Assembly: GCA_051362555.1 (NCBI GenBank)
Contig: CM120646.1
Location: 8,680,001 to 8,744,000 of the forward strand
Direction: 5' to 3'
Length of the DNA: 64,000 nt
Source of the DNA: Lingula anatina
Lineage: Eukaryota; Animalia; Brachiopoda
Shown here: positions 1-11,800 of the stretch, piece after piece
Position numbering within the stretch: the first letter of the stretch is position 1
Layout of the letters: every line of letters starts with the position of its first letter
The notes under the pieces: model-generated
Told to the model about the DNA's origin: nothing
What the model saw: only the letters and a program-made list of their open reading frames with translations
Databases searched by the model: none
Position numbers and translations under genes: made by a program

Positions 1-349
1 AGCTAGGTAGCCAAAACATTTCTGACGAAACATTATCTGTTATCCAAAAGAATGAAAGGCAGTAAATAATCAGTTTCTGGCAAAGGCTTGGTATAATGAA
101 CATTTCTAGATGGTATAGTGAGCAGTGAAATATAACAGAGCTGTGGTGTTTTAGATACTATGAATTTCTACAAAATATCATTTAATTTAACTAATAGTCC
201 TAGCAAAAGTTGCAGTGTTTTTTGTTTTTTTTTTTATGTCATACTCTGCAATTTATGTTCTGTCTGGATTGTTTTATGAATAATAAAATTATGGGACATA
301 GTTTGCAACATAATTGTTGTGATGTAAGTACTGGTAAATGTGATTTCAG

Positions 350-2558
350 AACACATCGAGGCCACAGTGGTTCCAGGAAGAGGAAGAGTCCATTAAAATG
401 CTGCAAGAAAAAACTGACCGGTTATTGGAAAGGAGGTAAGAGGAAGCAAGTGGGTGTTGCCTGGAATAGGATAACAATAGTGGCAATGTTGATGTAGAGT
501 GGGTGCTGCAGTACACTTTAGATAAACATTTTAGGGATGTTATTGTCTATAAGGTCTGAATTAGGAAATGTAAGAAGCTTTTCAGGTTAAAAATACAACT
601 ATGGGGAATATTCAAAAGCGTGCAAAGTGCTTCCCAGACCCCAAGGGGATTCTTCCTTAATTGCAATCAACTTAAGGGGTATAGATGTCACTCCTGTTAA
701 AGCTGCTAGGGGGTAATTAATTATCGTTTAGCAGCTTTAATAGGTGTGCCGGACATCTAAGCCGCTTAAGCTGAAAGCAATTTAGCAAGAAACCCCTCTG
801 AAATAGATCGATCCTGTTAGAGCGATCTAGGTATGAGAACCCAGTCTTTGTCTTTAAGTGGCGATTCTTGACAAAAAGAAAAAGACTGTGATGTGAATCT
901 GGATATGTTTCTTGTCTCTTTTTCTTGCCATTTTAGGGAGTGAGGAATACATGATCTAATGGCAGCTCACTTCAAAAACTAAAGACAAAAAGGCAGCCTC
1001 TCAGCACTGTTACCAATTTTTTTATGCAAGTGAATTACATCAGTTATCTCCATGTAGTACATGTAAATGAGCAGGGTTATAGCAGCATTTAATGCTATGT
1101 TTAACACTCACTGACTTCAACATTGACAGGCACACCTGTGTGTCAGGTTGTCAGATCTGTTTGGATGGGCCAAACCAAACCACACTTGAAGCTTGTAGAA
1201 ATTAGTTGTAATAGAAACATTACATCCTATGCACTGTTTAATTGTAATGAGGGTAGTGATAGCCCTTCCTAAACAGGGGCCTTTTGCACTTCTGTTAATA
1301 AAAAGCAGGTCTATATTTAGTGTTATCATATTTAGAGTGCAGACTTCACTTCACAGATTCTTTGAATTCATTGTCATCATTACTTTGACAACTTGACTTT
1401 TAAAGAAATATATACATTTGTTGTTTACTATTCAATGATAAAAATGAGTTCTAAAATATAACAAATAGTTTAAAAACTTGACATCACAGGTTCACAGAAT
1501 TCATGCATTTGCATAGACTTCTTATGAATCATGATTGACCCTGAAGTCTTGTGCTTTGGTTGCAACATGGCTGCATTGTGTTTCACTATAATAACTGATA
1601 CATAATTTTAGTAGACTTGCTTAAGTTCACAGATTAGATGTCACAGTTCCATCAAACTCCATATTAGCGTGGAATATTGGCTCGGAATCTTTGTGGACCT
1701 GAAAGTGCAGCACCCTGGGTTTTCCCTGCCACACATAACACTTGAGCTTGTCTCCAGTTGAAGTCTCTCTGGTATACAGGGTGTCAATGACCTTCACCTT
1801 GTGATCATTGTCAATATAGTTTGGTGGCAGAAGATTGGACGTGGCAGCCAAGTATTTAGTATTGCTGCAGTATTTGATATAAACAGCCTGATTTGTATGT
1901 CCATTTTCATCAGTATCACTAGGTCTTACAGTTAAATCATGACAAAATGCCTCAGCTGGAATACTTTTCAATGGCTTCAGGGTAGTTGGGTGGGGAACTT
2001 TAGTGTTGTCATGGAAACGAGTCCTGAACCAATCCGGGAGAGGGCTGCTTTTGCGGGTATATTTATCTACAGTCACAACTGAACAGACAATCTCTGCAAT
2101 GCTTTCATCACTATTTGGCAGCTTGCACAGACCTGATAAACTGTAGGAAGATTTCCCCAAGTGGTGCACTCTGTAAAGCAAAGACAGAAAATCAAAATGT
2201 ACATCATATATAGAAAAATGTGTGGTAAAAATATGGCATGGTGACATTTGACAATATTTTCAGCTTGGTTTTATAGAAAACAAATTGTGCTTTTATCAGC
2301 AGCATATATATATATATATATACATACATACCTGTGCTGATATAAAACGGGCTGCTCTATGTTTCTAGGAAATGGTATAAAGAATCCAGGAGAGAAGTAA
2401 TACTGGCCAGCAATTAAGAACTGTAGAAGATTATTCTCTTTCAGCATTTTTCCTATCTCTATAAAGTTGGCTGCCTGCATCGACTGCATTCTTGCTAGTT
2501 CAAAGTTGTTACTCATAGAAAATAGGGACATAAACTCTGGAATATGTACAATAGTATT

Positions 2559-2610
<52 letters not shown>

Positions 2611-2773
2611 TTATTACCACAATGTAAACATTTACTAGATCAATTACTATTTCTCGAAAAAATATCATAAAATAATTTGTGTAACACTTTCAAAAAGAAG
2701 TCTACAATTGTGTAAAAGATTGAAAATCAATTCACCATTCCAAAGAATTATATGATTATGAACAATATGAAAG

Positions 2774-2824
<51 letters not shown>

Positions 2825-2862
2825 TTAATTTTTTAGGATGGTGTGTTCTAAAACCTGCCACG

Positions 2863-2893
<31 letters not shown>

Positions 2894-5800
2894 TAGATAA
2901 ACACATGCACTATCATGCACACGTACTTGTTCTTTTATTGATTGATCCAAAGTCTAGTCCAGGCAGTACTACAGAAGCCACTAGCCCTTTGTGGTCATTC
3001 TTCAGCTGGATACTGGACAGCAGGGGTGTGTCATACATGTGGTCATCTACATGCTTTCCTGACCTACATCCAAAACATACAAATAACAGCAATGGATCTG
3101 TAAGTTCTGGATATAAAATATAAAGAGAAGATAATTTTGTGATGTTATTATTGTATACATAATAAGAAGCTGCAGAAGGAAGAAAACTAGGTGGATTTGA
3201 CAAAACAAGGGTAGTGTTGAAATTTATGAACAGTTACTTATGGACAGTAAATGAGACAGTTGAAAACTTTTTCCCCTTAGTGCATCTTACTCTTAGCACC
3301 TGTATGTTATCTAGTGCACTGACATACCATCTAGTCAAACTAATGGTGATAATCTTGGAGAATGTACAGACCAACTTACAAACTCATTGTGCATAAATGA
3401 GGCACACTTCTAGCACATCTCTGCCTTAGCAATATAGCCATAACATTTCTTTGGCAGGCTGCTAAAGTGACCTTGACCCCTTTTAGTGTTATCCCTCTGC
3501 AGTGCCATCTGTTGGCAGACTTGTGAACCTCTGATATTATGGCTTGATCTTATGTATACTTGTTGCATTTGGAAAGTGAAGCTTCTTTTTCCTGTTGGAT
3601 TGAAAAAAAATTCTAATTGGGATGGTGCAATTCCAAGTTACAATTTAAGCTAAATCATGATTTTTTTTCAGAGGAATTTTGCATTTTATATTAAGACAAG
3701 ACTATTTTTTATTTCATGGAATATTTGGTTGAAAAAAAGAGTTTGGTTTTTAACAGATTTATTTAACCTAGGAGGGTTTTCAGATCCCCCCTTCCACTGA
3801 AGGAGAAACTAATATTTTAAACTATACCTGTTATATGACATTGATTATGAAAAGCTGATGCTAGAAATTGACTGCTAAGGACAACCAGACATTGATGGAA
3901 GTGCATTAAATTTTTATTATTTCTTCAGTCTTTGAACATTCCGTATCTCCAACAGGTGATGTTATTATTATTATTATTTTTTTTTGGAATGGGTATATGA
4001 CGCAGGTTACTAAAAAAGTGGACTCACTGCATAATTTCAAAAGATTTGAGATGATAAGTGTCCATTCATTAGTCTTGTTTTAATGTTAGTAAAATAATGA
4101 TGGGGAATATAAGGCCTAACTCGTTTATATTACGTAGACTAAACAAAATTCATATGTTGATTAACGAGCTGAGACTTTTTTTATGTTTAACCACGGTTTG
4201 GCTGCATGTTACTTTTTTTTCTAACATGTAATACTGCTTTAGTATTTGGAAGTATCAATTTAAAAATACTTATTAATATTGAGATAACCAAAAATTTGAT
4301 TATCAACAGACTGTGAAAAAGAATGAAATCTTCCTTGATACTGTTTTAACCATGACTTGAGGCTTGTGTTAGTTAACTTCATGAATAGTGCTATTTAAGA
4401 TGATTTTGCCTCTTTTACCTGATCCACAGTCTAAAGCTACTTGCCATTATTTTAAAAATCCAGTTTTGTGCAGAGCTTGGTAGGTTAAAAACTGTCAAGT
4501 CCCACAATTTTTTTATGCAGGTTAAATTGGACTGTCAGCATACTAGTTATACCTGGCTTATGTTATGTATGTGAAGCAAATAATGTTCATTGATTAAAAT
4601 CCATTTCACATGATCCTAACATTGAAAAGTCCAATCACATGAAATCTATAAAGTTTTTTTTTCAGCTGTTGATTTGTGTTTCATCATGTTATGTACTTGT
4701 ATATTAGACTGATGAGTTGAAGCAATTTCAGTTGTCTAATTGCGAAGCTCTCATGTATCTACTCTATGCAGGACAACCCAAGACATTAACAAAAAGAAAA
4801 CATTCAAAGTGAACTGTTGACTCTGTATTATTTACTTATTTTAGCAATGACCCATGTTTTTTCTAAAACTTGCTGAAGTTTTTACAATATATGTCCCAAA
4901 GTTTCAGCCATTTGCTTTGAATAGACTTGTGTTAGAACAGCATTATTTATATTTATTATTCTTATTTTACTAGATGGCTCACAATATTCACTCAGTTGTA
5001 AGGAAGTATGATAGAAACAAATGACTACCAAGATACTTTATCAGTATCCATTTTAACTATACAATACTTTAAAAATACGAGCAACATTTCAAATCTGAAA
5101 ATAAAATTTTACTCTCAAATTAAGGAAAATTGATTGAAATAATTGTTGACACGTCAGGTAAGGCTCACTGGCATAAACATACACATGTTAGCTGCTGTGT
5201 CAGTTGTTATCTTTCTCTATACTGTCAACCAGTCCATGAGAATACACTTGTATCTTGTAAAAAGCAAAATGGAAATGATACCCAAAACATCTTGATCTCC
5301 TACCATTGTGAAAGAGACTTAGGGCGCATTCCCATAGATTTTAGATCGATCTATCCCCGTGGGGAGTCTCACTAGATTACTGTCAGATAATCTGGTTTAA
5401 ATGTCCGTCCCGCCTACTACAAGCTGTGAGGGGGTAATTAACTTTCGTGCCCGCTCGGCTGACAGCTATTTAGCGTGAACCCCCAGGGAGTTAGGTCGAT
5501 CTAGTTGGATCGATCTTATCTCTGGAAATGGGGTCTAAGAGTACATTCCCAGAGATTTAGATCGACCCATCTGGATCGACATAACTCCCTTGGGGTTCAC
5601 GCTAAATTGATGCTAGCCGAGTGCGCACGGTAGTTAATTACCCCCTTACAGCTTTAAGTAGGCAGGACAGACGCTTAAGCCAGCTAAGCTGACAGTAATC
5701 TAGTGAGACTCCCCACAGGGATAGATCTAAAATCTGTGGGAATGGGATCTAGTTCAACAGAACTTAAAGGGGGGGGGGGGGGGGGGGAACAGGAAAATGT

Positions 5801-8800
5801 TGGTAGATAAATTCTGCCGGTATTTTTTGCTGCACCACACTTGCTTTTCTGCCATATATCCTTACAGGTTGACTTGAGTTTATGCTAAGTCATAAGGCTG
5901 GGATGTCTTGGATGAAAACTGTTATGTCTCTCATCAGAAATACCTATCAGATATGGAAATAGTTTCAAAGTTTTGCTTTATCAGCACTGTAAAACTCCAT
6001 GCAGCAGTGAAATGAACGTTTCCCCTTTGTATTATTTTCAATGTCGAAATGGACATTTCCAGAATTTGATTCATCCCATACATACACCACGAGTTTATCA
6101 TCTAAATCACTTTCACTTAAATACAGACACTGCATACTTTTAACTTTATATTCATCTATATATTTTGTAAACTTGTACTTAAGCTTCTGCGCGCGCTGAG
6201 CAAGGACAGCCACATCAGTGCAAAAACGAACATAGATAGACTGGTTAACATGTCCGTTGTGATCTATGTTGCTGGGGACAACTATAATTTCTTTATGAAA
6301 GGCGTCAGGTGGTGTTTTGGCAGGTTTCAGCATGGTTAGCTTGCTTGTGCTTTGTTGACTCCAGCTCAGGTGACTGAACTCCTCCTTTGGAAGTGGAACA
6401 CTCTTTCTGGTGGTCAGGTTGACAGACACCATCACCAGTTTGGCCTCGGCTAGCACCTGGTTAGTTTGGGCATCTAAACAAGTAGACCTCAGAACTAAGG
6501 ACTTCCCTCCCACACTGTCCAGGCTGAAATGGAAAAGATTACCAGGGATTTTGGGGCATTTTGATGTTAAAAACACATTACATTTTAGATAATTTATAAA
6601 AAGTTCAATCATTTTAAGCCATCACTAAAGTAATTGTTAAAATACAATAACTTTTCCTTCATTTCATCAGTTGATTATCAATCAATAGGTTACAAGTTAT
6701 ATAAAAGTACTTTCTGTCACCTGATATATGATGTGCCTATTAATAAATGTTTTACAAGTACTTGCTGAGAAGCATCTTCCAAAGATAGGAAACATAGTCA
6801 TTTATGATAGTGGGTATACTTGTGAATAGAGTTCTGTTATAGTCCATGGTATCTTACCCAGTGCGACACTCCAGAGGCTGGGCTATCCCCACAGGAAACT
6901 GCCTGTACAGCTTAGGAGAGATATCATAGTTTATTCCAAGCAAAAACAGACCCAAGTTGTGCTTCTTCCTAATGTCCTGCCAGTTGATGAAGTCTTTTTT
7001 CTGCCAGGCTAACACACGAGCAGACTCAAACAGCTTGGAGATCTTCTCCAGAGATAGCTGCCCTGTAAAGGTGAAATAACTGAGAGTTGAACAGTGTATC
7101 GTGTAGCTAGAAGTACTTGCAAGCACAAACAATATGGGAGAAAATCTGGCAATATTTGTACAGGAGTATTAGTTCTAGCATGTTACTATTATTTTGATAG
7201 AAAGGTCTAGTGAACAGCTTGGTCCATTTATCTTCTAACTTCATTCATGAATGCCTAGACTGTAATGGGTATTGAACTTATCTAAGATTTTTTTTTTAAA
7301 TGCCACCTTCAGCATGTACATTGACTTTCATTAATTTATAAACCATGACTTTGTAAGCAGAGGAGGAGGGGTGTACATGTAGTACAGTATAAATAAACAG
7401 CTCCTTACTGTGTCTGTCAAAGTCCCCGTATGCTATCCCAGGTAGTGTCAGACTGACGTATGTACCCTGCTGATCATCTGCTTTCAGCACCATGTGCTGG
7501 TACTCGGGATGTGGTACTGTACTCATGGCTGTAGTCACAGACTGAGAGTGGTACTCTAGGGAAGATACATTTTCCACCTTCAGAAAGGATCTTCACCAGT
7601 TTTCATTTTCCACATAGTCTAAGGCATGACATCACATTTTATCAGTATTTGGGAGAACTCACTTTGCTTGACAGAGCAATGTTTGTTCTTAGTATAATAC
7701 ATGTGGTTGTTAACCTGGCTGTATTCATGATAAATGTTGCTGAAATAACTTTGACAAAGCAAATGAAACAAATAGCATAAGTCACCACTTCTCACCCAGG
7801 CCACTAAAGATAACATTCACTTAGGCAGAAACTAGGGATAGTTCATTGCTTCATGTAGCCTACCTTATATGTCTTCACCTGCTGCCTGTATGTATCTGTG
7901 TAGCTATCAGTTACTGGGGTCAGTTTACCCTTAAGAATTCCAATCATATACAAAAAATGTTACTTAACATAAATTACAAACTATTTTACTTTTAGTCAGG
8001 CAGTAGTGCTACAGATAGGGTATAGATTACCACCCACAACCACCTTGTATATGCTACTTTGACCTAGATAAGAAAAGTAGGTCATAGACTTAGTGTCACA
8101 TGTCTGTCATATGACAATTTTTATTTCTCAGCAGACTGGGTAGTTGATTCCAAATGACAAATGTGCAGTTCTCGATTTTTATAATGTTGGTGTTGACACT
8201 GTAGTTGTTGCTTAATGTTTATGATTCAAATTTTTTCTGTATGGTGCATTTCGAAATTATTTTTATGAAACGTACAGTTATGCTTGACAAAATTGATAAG
8301 TTGGTGAGCAATCAATGTCTTTTGCAAACATTGTCAGCAGGCAAACTTTGCTTTTATTTAGTTTTTTTCAACATAAGGTTTTTAATGGGCATAGCATTAT
8401 AGCTATAGGATAAGCTTGTGTGACAAGGTTATTTTTAGTAACACCCCAGATTATGCCTGTGGAGACTAAGCCAAACAGTTGCCTGGTTCATACACTTAAC
8501 AGTGGTGGAGGCAACAGGTACACGTTTCCATAAATGTGATTTTTTCTCATTTTATTCACAAATTTGATAGTACCACAATGGTAAATAAGTGCTGGTCATT
8601 TTGTCACGTTTCATTGACTTTTGAGATTTTTTCAAACTGGTTAATTATCAAGCATGAAGCTTATTTTTCAGACACATGCACATATATTTCTGCAATGTAA
8701 CCATGCTGATACATACAGATCCAGTTTTAACCAACTTCTTTTTGTGTGGCTTTTAGGAAAATATGAGGGGACTGTTTGTGGTTTTAAAGTTGTTGTAAAC

Positions 8801-11800
8801 GGTTATATTGTATAAACTTTGTAAATTTTATGAATGCCTTAAAGGCATGCCCTTTTTTCCTAAAAAATAGAATAACATGTACTCTCTTTGCTGGAAATTG
8901 ATTGCTTCTCTCATGGAAATGAAAGTAATATATCTACCTGATTTCCAAAACAGCAAGGTAATCATTAGCACTTGTATTTACTCAAAAATTGATGAAGATA
9001 GCAGGAAAATTCCTAAAAGGAACAACCTTTCAGACATATAGTGCCAGTTCTAGTGATGTTATCATCTTGTTTTCTATTTCCAATGCCAGTTCTAGTGATG
9101 TTATAGTCTTGTTTTATATTTCCAGTGCCATTTCTAGTGATGCTATAGTCTTGTTTTATATTTCCAATGCCAGTTCTAGTGATGTTATAGTCTTGTTTTA
9201 TATTTCCAGTGCCATTTCTAGTGATGCTATAGTCTTGTTTTATATTTCTAGTGCCACTTCTAGTGATGCTATAGTCTTGTTTTATATTTCCAGTGCCACT
9301 TCTAGTGATGCTATAGTCTCGTTTTATATTTCCAGTGCCACTTCTAGTGATGCTATAGTCTTGTTTTATATTTCCAATGCCAGTTCTAGTGATGTTGTAG
9401 TCTTGTTTTATATTTCCAGTGCCAGTTCTAGTGATGTCATAGTCTTGTTTTCTATTTCCAGTGCCAGTTCTAGTGATGTTATAGTCTTGTTTTATATTTC
9501 CAATGCCAGTTCTAGTGATGTCATAGTCTTGTTTTATATTTCCAGTGCCAGTTCTAGTGATGCTATAGTCAGCACAGTGGGACTGGGCAGTTCTCCCTCC
9601 ATCAGTAGTTTTGATGAACCTATGTACAGACCACAGTTTGCTAGAGGTCAGTGCCAAACAAATACTCTGTTGATATGTACATGGTTTTCATTGTAAGGAT
9701 ATAAGATCTTTCATATTGGCATCATGAATGACAAATGCCAATTTTGACTATGTAGTTGTTGGTTGGTTCATATATTTCAGTTGCTGTTCTGTAGCTTTGT
9801 GTTCAAAGCACAAATTAGCCATGAAGTTTTATAGACTGGGGTAGCGCTAACACTCGCCAATTTAGCCAAAGAAAGAGGGCTTGATTTGACATGTTTTAGC
9901 CAAATTATAACCATTTTGATATCAAATTGACAAAAATGTGGTGATTTGGCTTAGTGAAAAATAATTCTAGTGCTACCCCAGATAGATGTTATTTTTTATG
10001 TTGATTGTAACTTAATTTTAACATAATTCCATTACATAAATCATTAAGTTTCATGACCTCTTTTGTAACAGCACGAAATAATGTTAGAAATTATATCCAA
10101 AATTTAGAAAAAATTTGGTTTTGTTGCAAACCTTCTCTAATGTTTACAAAGTAAATGTTTAGAATTATATTGAAAATATTGCTTTTAACCAGAGGCAGCA
10201 TTATCAATGTTTGTTGCTGCTCTGATATAACACTTAAACCCTGTTAACTAAAAAATAAGTTTAAGGATACTGAAAGTGTCTGCCAAAAACATTTCATTTA
10301 CTGCTTTACATCTTTCTTTTGGGTAAGAGATAAATTTTTAGTGTTTAGTGCCTTATTTATGTGACATTTACATGTGTCATCTTATGAGTGAGTCATAATT
10401 GTTGAAGTAAAAATGGAAAAATCTGTTTCTCAGTTTCTCCTTAACCTGAGCACCCATGAAAACCATTTTAAGACCTATTTAATGGCACCATTTAATACAG
10501 ATTTTAATACAGATTTTATTGTTGATAAAGCAGATGAATACATTTGTTTAAAGAAAATTTGTAATTATGGACTCATATCTACATAACAAAAATGTTTAAA
10601 CCAAAATGACAGATTTAAAGCTCATACACTTTTGGACATACACTCATACACTTTTAGACAACTATGCCAATATTCGTGTTAAAATCATGTTTGGGGATGA
10701 AGGTATGCCCCATACTGATTGCTATCTCACTTCAAAATAGAAGGGTGTTAAAATGACGACAAAAACTTTGAGTTGCCTGTACTCATACATAGCAACAAAT
10801 AAATATAAACATGCAACAATAAATATAAAGGTGATATTTTATATTTTTAAGGTTTTTTATTGTTTTTAATTGGCTCAAAGTTAGATGCATTACTGACTAA
10901 TTAGATGCAGGAAAAATCTCATTTTTGGTATCTGGATGATAATAAACCCTTACAGCATACTTAAAGCAAACTCACAGATTCATGTTAACATCTCGATTTT
11001 AAATATGGCCACAGATCGTGTCCCACCACAGCCCCCACCCCCTATGCCAGGACCCATCCAGCAACCCCTACCAGGCACTGACCAGGACATTCTGCAGCAG
11101 TGGAGGGCACGGCGCAGGCTGGACCAGATGCAGGAACGCATACGACAAGGACATGGTATGCCACCTACTGGACAGGGATATGAGGTGTGTGGATTTTATT
11201 CCGTGTTACTTTGTGCCTACTAGGCCAAGATTCAGTGTCTGTTATGTAACCTTGCCCCTTCCACTGCCAACTTTTAACACATTATCAATTTCTTAGAAAA
11301 TGTTTAAATGATGAAGAATTTACTATTTCATCATTATATTGAAAAAGCCCCTCTCTCCCTCCCCTCTTCTAGGCCCCAAAGCACATATAGTGCATTTTAA
11401 CACAGATGTTTATTTCTATTTTCCTTTTAGTCCTCAGAGATTGAAAACAAACTGGCAGAGTTCAGAAAGAAGCTTGCAGTGTCAGACAGAGTACAGGAGT
11501 GTACTGGAGCAGGGACTGGCAGGCAACAGGGCCAGAGCTCTGGAACAGAGAGCAAGGAAAAGGTAAGGTTGGACTAGCAGGCAACAGGGCCAGAACACTG
11601 GAACACAGTGCAATGAAATGGTAATGTTAGGTCACAGGGCCAGAACTCTGGAACACAGAGCAAGGAAATGGTAGGTTTAGACTAGCAGGCCTCAGGGCCA
11701 GAACTGTGGAACACAGAGCAAGGAAATGGTAATGTTAGGTCACAGGGCCAGAACTCTGGAACACGGAGCAAGGAAATGGTAGGTTTAGACTAGCAGGCCT

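Noticed and set aside
2467-3123. ORFs with IYIYIY runs (also at 27207 and 29113) and CVCV runs (51461, 56034)
   Set aside because: These are microsatellite translation artefacts.
9013-9657. 214-aa minus-strand ORF (ITRTGTGNIKQDY repeats) resembling an ice-binding or solenoid protein
   Set aside because: It is the antisense reading of the 42-bp repeat, open because the period is a multiple of 3. The plus frame is continuous with a PROSER3 exon.
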